NCBI GenBank assembly: GCA_002503045.1
Contig: DAQW01000056.1
Location: 575-41,036, forward strand
DNA length: 40,462 nucleotides
From: Euryarchaeota archaeon UBA39
GTDB taxonomy: Archaea > Thermoplasmatota > Poseidoniia > Poseidoniales > Thalassarchaeaceae
Direction: 5' to 3'
The position numbers and the translations under genes were made by a program. Below the pieces are notes generated by a model, which had not been told where the DNA came from, did not search any database, and saw only the letters and a program-made list of their open reading frames with translations. How positions within the stretch are numbered: position 1 is the stretch's first letter; each line of letters starts with the position of its first letter. Below, one piece after another: positions 18,680 to 27,112 of this stretch.

Positions 18680-20215
18680 ATGGCAAGAAAGAAGGGCAAG
18701 AAGAAAATAAAAGTTAGATTAGAACTACCCAAGGACGATTCTACTGAAACCAACTTCACCATTATTCTTGTTCTAGGTATGATGATTGGCATGAGTTGTA
18801 TGGGATTCTGGATTACTAATGCAGATTTAGTTTTCAAACCGATGAATCAGATGCCTATGTTTCTTAATTTGGCATGTCCAGATTCATTTGATGCAAATGT
18901 TCCTGTTCCACCTACATATGCAGACAATGAATCTTGTTTCCTAACCAGAGAGTCCCCCACTATCGAAACATGGAGTGAAGAATGGGATAAGATAAACTCT
19001 CCTGGTGCAGCCGCTTTTTTTGTAGTTCCTGGAATTGAACAACAAAGGCTTGGAAATTTACCGCATCCACCCCAAACTGCAGATGTCAGTTGTACGGCAG
19101 AAGCAGATAATAGTGGCACGTTTACACTTTCAATTGTTGAAAGAGCCTATGATTTATCGACAACTGTAATTGCATCTCAGGGAATGGTGTCTAACAGTGA
19201 AGAATGTGGCCTAACGAATGTTCCTGTTCAAGCAAATAGACAATACGAGTTATGGGTAGAAGTTCCAGGGGATCAACCATCTATCAGAACTTTTGAATTT
19301 ACATTAAGTGTAGACTCATACGATGGAATTCCTGAAAATATGAACAACAAATCATTATGGATTGGACCTAAGGTTGACCTAGGTCCCTTTTCTCTTCATC
19401 CAACTATTTTCGTAAATTTCTTTGGTCTAGGGCTACTAATCATGGTTTTTCCTGCTGCTTTGTATAGTGATGCTCAAGCTAGGAAAATCAAGGCGATTGA
19501 AGACAAATTTCCTGATTTCCTTAGAGATTTGGCAGAATATTGGAAGGGAGGATTGTCAATGGTGGTATCCGTAAGAACCCTAGCAAGATCAGAATATGGC
19601 GCTTTGAACAATGATATTCAGAAAATGTCGGACCAATTATCATGGGGAATTCCATTTGGTGATGTAATGAAGATGTTTGCAAACAGAGTAAACACACCAT
19701 TGGTTCATAGGGCGGTTTCTCTAATTGATGAAGCCAACAAAGCGGGTGGGAAAATATCTGATATCTTAGTTACCGCCGCAAACGATTCAAGAGAAATTAA
19801 ATTCTTAGAAGGCGAAAGAGTTCGGGCTATTGCTTCATACATTTCAGTAATCTGGGTGTCATATCTTGTTTTCATGGGAGTAATTGTAGTTCTTTCCAAA
19901 GTTTTCATACCTGCAATTGCTAGTTCAAACAGTGGAGGAGAATCCGAAAGTATTGGTAACATGCAAATCAACGCTGTTGATCCATTATTCTTCCTGGTTG
20001 TTTTCTTTTATGGAGTATCAGCACAAGCAGTTGGAAATGGAGCTATGGCTGGATTAATGGCAACAGGAAGATTAGCAAATGGGATGAAGCATTCAGGATA
20101 TATGCTGATTCTTGCGCTTTTTGCGTTTAACTTCGTTGCATTCTCTCCTGATTTAATTGGAGTTCCAATGTCAGAAGGCTTAGTGCATTCCATTGGTAGA
20201 ATGGCTCCAGGGTGA
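18680..20215 (+). CDS. Type II secretion F family (TadC-like) platform protein 2 with inserted extracellular domain
   Basis: GGAGGTGA SD; IEDKFPDFLRDLAE....G, YGAL..DI.KM..QLSWG, LIDEA.KAGG.I.DIL, G.MAG.M..G....G.KH. Confidence 0.87.
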   Translation: MARKKGKKKIKVRLELPKDDSTETNFTIILVLGMMIGMSCMGFWITNADLVFKPMNQMPMFLNLACPDSFDANVPVPPTYADNESCFLTRESPTIETWSEEWDKINSPGAAAFFVVPGIEQQRLGNLPHPPQTADVSCTAEADNSGTFTLSIVERAYDLSTTVIASQGMVSNSEECGLTNVPVQANRQYELWVEVPGDQPSIRTFEFTLSVDSYDGIPENMNNKSLWIGPKVDLGPFSLHPTIFVNFFGLGLLIMVFPAALYSDAQARKIKAIEDKFPDFLRDLAEYWKGGLSMVVSVRTLARSEYGALNNDIQKMSDQLSWGIPFGDVMKMFANRVNTPLVHRAVSLIDEANKAGGKISDILVTAANDSREIKFLEGERVRAIASYISVIWVSYLVFMGVIVVLSKVFIPAIASSNSGGESESIGNMQINAVDPLFFLVVFFYGVSAQAVGNGAMAGLMATGRLANGMKHSGYMLILALFAFNFVAFSPDLIGVPMSEGLVHSIGRMAPG

Positions 20216-20219
20216 TATA

Positions 20220-20666
20220 ATGGAGAAATCGGCAAAATCAACAGATGCCCAAGTCCATATGATAGAGATGATTACTCTATTTTGGCTATTCTTTCTTTGC
20301 GCTGCTTTTGTCATTCAATTACAAGTTCCTGATACAAATCCTATCGCCTCAGATTCAGCATTACTAATTGCTGCAGAAGATGCTCATGCTCTTGCTTCAG
20401 CAGAAATTGATGAAAATGGGAATTTCACAATGACTACTCATTTAGCCGCTGAAGAACGGGAGGAGGCCTGTACCATTCTTCTCAATAGTTTACCTGAAAC
20501 TGTAACTGGAAATTGTTGGTTAGCAGTTGATGCAGAACCAATGGGGCGAGAAGGCATTGGAGAAATCCCTCCTGGACAAAGTCTCACAGTAATGCATTTA
20601 CATTCTGTCAATGGACATCTTTGGACCATAGGATTACAGGTTTGGCATATTGGAAGTGGTGCATAA
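20220..20666 (+). CDS. Putative type IV pilin-like protein (class III signal peptide)
   Basis: MEKSAKSTDA|QVHMIEMITLFWLFFLCAAFVI: short leader, Q at +1, Glu, then a hydrophobic helix; lies at the end of the pilus operon. Confidence 0.65.
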   Translation: MEKSAKSTDAQVHMIEMITLFWLFFLCAAFVIQLQVPDTNPIASDSALLIAAEDAHALASAEIDENGNFTMTTHLAAEEREEACTILLNSLPETVTGNCWLAVDAEPMGREGIGEIPPGQSLTVMHLHSVNGHLWTIGLQVWHIGSGA

Positions 20667-21094
20667 TGAATCGAAGTATGCGAAATGATGATGCTCAAAT
20701 GTTGTTGGCTACTGGGGTTGTACTTCTTCTCGCTCTTCTTTCTATGTCGATTTATGGAGTGAAAGTAGTGGGGATGGGTGAGCCGTATGATCCATCGGAT
20801 GATGCTGTACTTCATACAGCAGCAGAAGTAGACGAAGTTTGGGAACACACAATTCAATCAAGAATAACTAACTTAGAGGGTCTCGGGACTAATTTAGAAA
20901 TCTGTAATGATGCTGCGAAAAGTGTGCAAAGTGACCTTGTACGTCATGGAGAGCATAGAGGCGTAGAAGTGATTTTGGTGGGACTTAACGTCTCCATAGA
21001 TGGGAACGAATGTCATGTTTCTGCTGAAGCAGGAATTGCAGATAGAAATAGCCGGATGCTATTGATGCTAGAAGCAACAGTATTGTTACCATAA
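20666..21094 (+). CDS. Putative type IV pilin-like protein (class III signal peptide)
   Basis: MNRSMRNDDA|QMLLATGVVLLLALLSMSIY; start coupled to the upstream TAA. Confidence 0.65.
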   Translation: MNRSMRNDDAQMLLATGVVLLLALLSMSIYGVKVVGMGEPYDPSDDAVLHTAAEVDEVWEHTIQSRITNLEGLGTNLEICNDAAKSVQSDLVRHGEHRGVEVILVGLNVSIDGNECHVSAEAGIADRNSRMLLMLEATVLLP

Positions 21095-21703
21095 TCATTC
21101 TAGATTTTGACGGATTCTCAATAGTGGATCATCGTGAAGTAACGGATCTATGCGTATCCAATCTGCTACTCTAGCCCGTTCCATTATTGCTCGTTGAATC
21201 GCTCTGATTCGATCAAATGCTAAAACATAACGAGATGAACCGCGATATGTTCCTTCTTCTCTTTTCATAATAAATTCTCTATGTTGATTTTCAGCATCAG
21301 CTGTTGCCACAATACCAATTGCTCTACCACCTGCTTCTCTCCAGTCCCTTAACCAAGAGGATTTGGGAATAATGTGGACACCCTCAATTACTAAATCTAC
21401 ACCCTGTGCTCTAGCTCTGTCAATTACTGCATCAATTCCTTTCTCTACAACTTCTGATGCGTCTAACCAATCATTAACTGGGTCTCCTGTTTCTCCCTTT
21501 GAATAAGAAGAACGATGCAACGCTGGAGATTCATTCATTCCAGTATTGCATCGTAACACTTCTCTAATTGTATCAGTAGATACACATCGACTAAAATCAA
21601 GTTCATGTGCTACCATATGAGCTAATGTAGATTTTCCAGTCCCTGTAGCGCCTGCTATAATTGCCAAACGAGGAACTCGAGTTCTCTGTAATTCCTCTTT
21701 CAT
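21095..21703 (-). CDS. 2-phosphoglycerate kinase-family P-loop kinase (no ATP-cone domain)
   Basis: GATGTGKST, STDTIREVLR, LHRSSY, VIEGVH..P, IR.IQ motifs. Confidence 0.8.
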   Translation of the reverse strand: MKEELQRTRVPRLAIIAGATGTGKSTLAHMVAHELDFSRCVSTDTIREVLRCNTGMNESPALHRSSYSKGETGDPVNDWLDASEVVEKGIDAVIDRARAQGVDLVIEGVHIIPKSSWLRDWREAGGRAIGIVATADAENQHREFIMKREEGTYRGSSRYVLAFDRIRAIQRAIMERARVADWIRIDPLLHDDPLLRIRQNLE

Positions 21704-21737
21704 GATTTACACCAATTCTTTACTATTCTTGAGATAA

Positions 21738-22211
21738 TCAAATTAAATGATTTACAATATCATCAACAGATTGACTTTTTCCACAATATGCACATCTAAG
21801 TTCAAGAGGATTGGTTGAATGAACTAAAATTCTGTGAGGAAGGGGTTCCCTTGGATTCGTAGTAATACAGTTAGAAAACGAACAACGTGCTAAGTTAGTT
21901 AATTCTGAACCAAGTACTACTTCTCTTTTCTCAGCAACTCGATAATCTCGAATTATTGCTACTGATGCATTAGGTGCAATTATTGCTAATCTATCTAACT
22001 CTTCTTGAGTTAATTCTCTATCTTCTACTTTCATAACATCCTTTCTGTCTAACTTCTTACTTGGAACATTCATTACCAAAGAAATCGGAGTGCTACGACT
22101 ATCAAGTAATCCTAACATTCCTAAAACCTTCAATGCTGAACCAGCTGGTACATGATCTATCACAGTACCATTCTGAATGGCTGTTACCCTACGCATTCCT
22201 TCCTCACTCAT
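21738..22211 (-). CDS. pyrI: Aspartate carbamoyltransferase regulatory chain
   Basis: IQNGTVIDHV, NVPS....KD..KVE, zinc ligands CSFSNC and CAYC. Confidence 0.95.
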   Translation of the reverse strand: MSEEGMRRVTAIQNGTVIDHVPAGSALKVLGMLGLLDSRSTPISLVMNVPSKKLDRKDVMKVEDRELTQEELDRLAIIAPNASVAIIRDYRVAEKREVVLGSELTNLARCSFSNCITTNPREPLPHRILVHSTNPLELRCAYCGKSQSVDDIVNHLI

Positions 22212-23143
22212 TCACTCACCACCTCTGGAACTTCAACTCCAAGTAAACGACATAATAACGACATTCTAGCGACTACACCATAGAATGCTTGTTCGAAATA
22301 CTTCGCATGAACAGTAGAATCCACATCTGGAGAAATTTCATCGACACGAGGTAATGGGTGCATGATTATCATATTCTTCTTTGCTGAAACTAAATCAGAT
22401 TGATTCAATTTGAAGACTCCTGCAACCTTTTGATATTCATCTTCATCAGGGAATCTTTCCTTCTGAATCCGAGTCATATAGATCACATCTAATTGTTCGA
22501 TTGATCCATGAAGGTCTTCGGTTTCTGTGATAGATGTTCCTGAACTACGAAGATCAGTAACTATTTCCTCCGGCATAGTCAAAGAAGATGGTGAAATAAA
22601 AGTCAATGAACATCCAAAACGTGCAAGTGCTTCGGATAAACTGTGGACTGTGCGGCCATATCTAAGATCGCCTACTAACGCAACATTAAGCCCCTCCAAT
22701 GTACCATGGCAAGTACGAATAGTAAACAAATCCAGAAGTGTTTGTGTTGGATGATGTCCAGCTCCATCTCCTGCATTAATTACAGGAATGTTGACTGCAT
22801 TTGATGAATAACGTGCTGCTCCTTGACGTGGATGGCGAATAACTGCGATATCTGCATATCCATCCATCATCTGCATAGTATCATACAATGTCTCACCTTT
22901 AACAACAGATGAATTCGCAACGTCGCCTAGGTTCAGAACTGCCCCTCCGAGTCTTTTCATTGCAGTTTCAAAGGACATTCTTGTTCGGGTGGAAGGTTCA
23001 AAGAAAAGATTGGCTAAAACCTTACCAGCAAGGATTGGTAAGTGGGTTTCACCTCTCGCTATTGGTAACATTCTTTCTGCGTCATCAAGTATAGACAATA
23101 TCTCTTCATTCGTTAGGTCATCCACAGTGATTAGGCTACTCAT
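22208..23143 (-). CDS. pyrB: Aspartate carbamoyltransferase catalytic chain (start re-assigned to ATG 23143)
   Basis: FFEPSTRTRMSFE, KGETL.DT, NAGDG...HPTQTLLDL, GDLRYGRTVHSL, TRIQKERF, HPLPR. Confidence 0.96.
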   Translation of the reverse strand: MSSLITVDDLTNEEILSILDDAERMLPIARGETHLPILAGKVLANLFFEPSTRTRMSFETAMKRLGGAVLNLGDVANSSVVKGETLYDTMQMMDGYADIAVIRHPRQGAARYSSNAVNIPVINAGDGAGHHPTQTLLDLFTIRTCHGTLEGLNVALVGDLRYGRTVHSLSEALARFGCSLTFISPSSLTMPEEIVTDLRSSGTSITETEDLHGSIEQLDVIYMTRIQKERFPDEDEYQKVAGVFKLNQSDLVSAKKNMIIMHPLPRVDEISPDVDSTVHAKYFEQAFYGVVARMSLLCRLLGVEVPEVVSE

Positions 23144-23150
23144 GCTCGTC

Positions 23151-23171
23151 CCCTTCCCCGTAGGGGAAGAA
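23151..23171 (-). promoter_or_regulatory. pyrB leader hairpin sequestering an SD-like purine tract
   Basis: mRNA-sense UUCUUCCCC-UAC-GGGGAAGGG, ending 7 nt before the AUG; perfect 7-bp arms at 23153-23159/23163-23169. Confidence 0.6.
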
Positions 23172-23257
23172 CTTCGACCATATTCCTTCCCGTTGAATTG
23201 CCATCTTTCTTCACGGCACTCCGTCGGCTTGATGTGAGGGGACTGGGTCCCAGTACC

Positions 23258-24253
23258 ATGCTGATTAGTAGGACGCCGGTTCGAGCATCCTTCTGCGGGG
23301 GCGGAAGCGACCTCGCAGCATTCTATGAGAATCATCCAGATGGGGGAGCAGTAACTTCTCTAGCCATGGCTCGTTATCTATATATCACTGTAAATCCTAG
23401 ATTTGATGATTCAATCAGAATCTCATATTCATCAATGGAATTTGTAGATGACATAAATGAAATTCAACATGAATTAGTTCGCGAAGCAATGATTTCTACT
23501 GGAGTAACTTCAGGGGTTGAAATTACCACAATAGCAGATATCCCTTCCCGAGGTACCGGACTAGGATCATCTTCTGCAGTTACGATTGGTCTCCTCAATG
23601 CATTGTCATCTTTGGCAGGAAATCCAATGTCTTCTGAAGAATTAGCAAAAGAAGCATGTAGAATAGAAATTGATGTTCTTGGTCAACCTATAGGGAAGCA
23701 AGATCAATATGCAGCTGCAATAGGAGGTGTAAACACAATCGGATTTCTACCAGATGGTTCTGTAAGTGTAGATCCATTATCTCTGTCAGAAAATACCAAG
23801 CAGCGAATTGAAAACGAGTTTTGTTTAGTTTATACTGGATTAACTCGTTCAGCAAATTCTGTTCTCTCAAAACAAAAAGAAATGACTGCAGATAGAATGA
23901 ATGAATTATCAACACTAAGACTCCAAGCTTTCCAAGTTAGATCCGCATTAGAAGATGGACGACTAAATGAAGTAGGTAAATTACTTGAAGAATCTTGGCA
24001 AATCAAACGAACGCTTGTAGATGGAATTTCAGGAGAATTACTGGACAATCTACATGATAAATTGATTGATGCGGGAGCTACTGGGGCAAAACTACTTGGC
24101 GCAGGAGGCGGGGGTTTTTTCTTAGTTCATGGTGACCTAGAGATGAAAGAACGATTAGAAAATTCTCTTAATCCAGAAAATAGAGTTCTTCCGTTATTAA
24201 TCGATTATGATGGATCAACCATCATTCATGATGATGGGAAACGATGGGGGTGA
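23258..24253 (+). CDS. GHMP-family sugar kinase, HddA-like (heptose 7-phosphate kinase)
   Basis: MLISRTPVRASF.GGGSD, P.RGTGLGSSSA, IGKQDQYAAA.GG, GAKLLGAGGGGF. Confidence 0.87.
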   Translation: MLISRTPVRASFCGGGSDLAAFYENHPDGGAVTSLAMARYLYITVNPRFDDSIRISYSSMEFVDDINEIQHELVREAMISTGVTSGVEITTIADIPSRGTGLGSSSAVTIGLLNALSSLAGNPMSSEELAKEACRIEIDVLGQPIGKQDQYAAAIGGVNTIGFLPDGSVSVDPLSLSENTKQRIENEFCLVYTGLTRSANSVLSKQKEMTADRMNELSTLRLQAFQVRSALEDGRLNEVGKLLEESWQIKRTLVDGISGELLDNLHDKLIDAGATGAKLLGAGGGGFFLVHGDLEMKERLENSLNPENRVLPLLIDYDGSTIIHDDGKRWG

Positions 24254-27072
24254 AACCCATTCGTTTCAATACTATGATTGTGATTTCAATCATAATTCTG
24301 ATGTCTGTTCCGAATGGAATGGCACAAGAGAATGAAGATACGATATTAGAAATTGAGTTGGGATTTTGGGTTGGTGAAAATTGGAATCCCCTTCCAACAC
24401 CATTAGAATTTGAAGTAAAATTAATCGATCCGTGGACAGGACGTATCATCTATTATGAAACTGTTAATGATACCCAGATTCAAATCAATTTAGATGATGA
24501 AGAACCAATTAGACCGGAAATTAGAACACTAATAAATGGGACATACGTACAATATTTACCCACAATTAGTCCAAATTCATCTGAAATAACATATCTAAGA
24601 GTAAACATCTCTACAGTTTTCCAATTTAATGCAGAAGAACTCGATTCTTGGAAATATATTGGAAAGGAAAGTCTTGAATGGATTGTTGGAAATGATTCAT
24701 TGATTATTCCAGGTGGAGAAGGTTGGATCGAAACTATTTCCACAGAGGAAGAAGGACTAGTGACACGTAATTTATTATCTGTTAATTGCCAAATAAATGG
24801 AAATAATGATTGTGGATTAGACAATAAATGGCCTCCTTCTCAAGGGACCTTACGTATTATGGCCCAAGATACTGGTTGGAATGGAACGATTTTGGTGAGA
24901 CATTCTCCAAGTGGTTGGGAAGATATGATTACAGTCACTGGAGCATTAGATTACGATTTACCTAGAATTGAAAGTGGGCATTGGCATTTGTGGAGATTAA
25001 TCGATGGTGTTCCAGAATTACAATCTCACTCATTTGATGATGGTCTTTTTGAATCTCTGGACGCTTGGCTTTCATCTGATTCAAACACTAAAGTTTCTCA
25101 CGACTCAACAATTTCTCTAGATTTTGAGGAAGAAAATCAGAATACAGCATTTGGTAAAAATGCTGATTGGACAGCGAATTTTAGGCTGCCATCCCACATC
25201 GGCCATCCTATGTTTCCATCCTCAAATCTTGGAATAATGTATCAAATTGACAAATTTATTGGAAATTGGGATGGATTTGTTGATTCTGAAGAATCTGAAG
25301 CTTTCTCAGAAATTCTAGAATCATTAGGATGGAAGGATGCAGAAAACACAGGTTGTTGTTCACTAAATGGGGAATCGATGTTTACAAATGAAGCAATTTA
25401 CCCTACAGGAGCCCATATAGATCCAGCTATTGGGAATGTATTTGTCGATGGGATATCATGGGGATGGGATGAATCAGGAACAATAATCGGAAACGATACT
25501 GAATCCAATATTCAGATTCTTACTATTCCATTTAGAGGCGATATTAGGGATTCAGCAAATTTGACCATAGATTTACCGAATCAATGGGAATTAAGACATT
25601 CACCTCAGAAAGAAATAATCATTTCATCCGGAGAAAGTATATTCATCAATAGAAGTGATTTATCAGTCACGGGAGAAATCACCCTAAATATCAAAGAAAA
25701 TGATGCTCCAATACCTTCAATTTCAAGTAATTGGGCTACTGAAAAACATGTTATTCTTGATGGAAACCCTAGTCTAGTATTATCTTGTGAAGATACTGTT
25801 CAAGAAAATACTGAAAAAAGATGGAAAATGACTGACAAAAGAGGGTTCTCTCTTATTCAAGGAAAATATCTCAATTTTTCAACTGATTCGGAAATATTTT
25901 CAGAAGGAGATGACATACAAATAATAGGGGAATGTGTAGATTCTCATGGTTCAATTGGTTCAATTGAACGGAATCTGATTTTGGATGGCACTGCTCCTGA
26001 ATGGAATATGGTTCTCTTAGAAGATCATCCTCAATATTGGGCCCAAATTAACCATTCAATTGTAGAGTCAAATATTTCTATTAACGCAACAAGTACACTC
26101 ATTATTGATATAACCGGAGTTGATAATAATGGAGAAAATGTTTCAATAATTCTGACCTCAAACAGAAGTGAAGGGTGGATCAGAGAATCTGACGACCGTC
26201 TATTTTTTGCTGAGTTTTGGCCTCAAAGTGATGATGTGAATGGAATGCATATGAGTGTGGATGAAAGACACAAAGAACGAGAACCGGCAAAACGTTGGGT
26301 TCATGTTTCTATTTCTGATTCAGTGGGCAATTCTATTGAAAAGAATTGGACATTTACAAGTTTAGATCTCGGTTCTCCTGTCCCTAGACCTTCTTTAATT
26401 ATAGATGGAGAATTATTTGGGATTGAAAACATAGCTGATTCATCATCATTAATCGAAATTGATCTTGGAGATTCTTTTGATGATCTTAATTCAATCAATA
26501 GCATTTTGTGGACTGCAGAATTGAATGGATTACCTCTTTTTGAAAATAGAAGTTGGAATGATGTTTCTCGATTTTCAATTCCATCACTTGATTCAGGAAG
26601 ACATGATTTAGTAATTTCAGGAATTGATTTAGCGGGAAATATTGGACACCATAATATGATTATTGAGATTCATCCTATTACAACACCTACATTGTCAATT
26701 GGAGATATTATGGTTCCTACAGGTGTATTATCTGGACAATCAGGAGAAATTACAGTGATAGTATTCAATAAGGGTTCAGATTCTACAGATGCAGAAGTTT
26801 GCATCAAGAATCAATGTGAAATAATTAATGTAAATGGTGCAACTTTAGATGGCTTTGGAATGTCATCTGCAACTTTATCATTTGATTCTCTGCCATCCGG
26901 TTGGAGTGAGGTAACTGTGCATTGGTCCGTAGAAGGTTTGCCCTATTCTATTGATTCTACAACACCTTCTATTGAACCAGCCTGGAGAGAAAACGCACGA
27001 TTTTTAATCAAAATTATACTAATAGCGTATTGTCTTGGAACTTTGTTTGATAGACGGTTTGGGAGCACATAA
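24244..27072 (+). CDS. Large acidic surface protein: signal peptide, beta-rich Ig/PKD/CARDB-like domains, C-terminal TM anchor (start 24244, 24250 or 24274)
   Basis: N-terminal hydrophobic stretch, repeated D..GN Ig-like turns, V.N.GS motif, C-terminal hydrophobic helix, many N-x-S/T sequons. Confidence 0.75.
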   Translation: MGVKPIRFNTMIVISIIILMSVPNGMAQENEDTILEIELGFWVGENWNPLPTPLEFEVKLIDPWTGRIIYYETVNDTQIQINLDDEEPIRPEIRTLINGTYVQYLPTISPNSSEITYLRVNISTVFQFNAEELDSWKYIGKESLEWIVGNDSLIIPGGEGWIETISTEEEGLVTRNLLSVNCQINGNNDCGLDNKWPPSQGTLRIMAQDTGWNGTILVRHSPSGWEDMITVTGALDYDLPRIESGHWHLWRLIDGVPELQSHSFDDGLFESLDAWLSSDSNTKVSHDSTISLDFEEENQNTAFGKNADWTANFRLPSHIGHPMFPSSNLGIMYQIDKFIGNWDGFVDSEESEAFSEILESLGWKDAENTGCCSLNGESMFTNEAIYPTGAHIDPAIGNVFVDGISWGWDESGTIIGNDTESNIQILTIPFRGDIRDSANLTIDLPNQWELRHSPQKEIIISSGESIFINRSDLSVTGEITLNIKENDAPIPSISSNWATEKHVILDGNPSLVLSCEDTVQENTEKRWKMTDKRGFSLIQGKYLNFSTDSEIFSEGDDIQIIGECVDSHGSIGSIERNLILDGTAPEWNMVLLEDHPQYWAQINHSIVESNISINATSTLIIDITGVDNNGENVSIILTSNRSEGWIRESDDRLFFAEFWPQSDDVNGMHMSVDERHKEREPAKRWVHVSISDSVGNSIEKNWTFTSLDLGSPVPRPSLIIDGELFGIENIADSSSLIEIDLGDSFDDLNSINSILWTAELNGLPLFENRSWNDVSRFSIPSLDSGRHDLVISGIDLAGNIGHHNMIIEIHPITTPTLSIGDIMVPTGVLSGQSGEITVIVFNKGSDSTDAEVCIKNQCEIINVNGATLDGFGMSSATLSFDSLPSGWSEVTVHWSVEGLPYSIDSTTPSIEPAWRENARFLIKIILIAYCLGTLFDRRFGST

Positions 27073-27112
27073 TTCCGTACGCTTCATCATGGTTGAGTAT
27101 CTGTTCGATCCC

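Noticed and set aside
16052..21094. Archaellum operon
   Set aside because: No archaellin, ArlH or ArlF/G genes; two separate TadC-like genes fit a pilus better.
23144..23335. Long overlapping N-terminal extensions of pyrB and the GHMP kinase
   Set aside because: Family homology begins at ATG 23143 and ATG 23258; the interval is a divergent promoter and leader.
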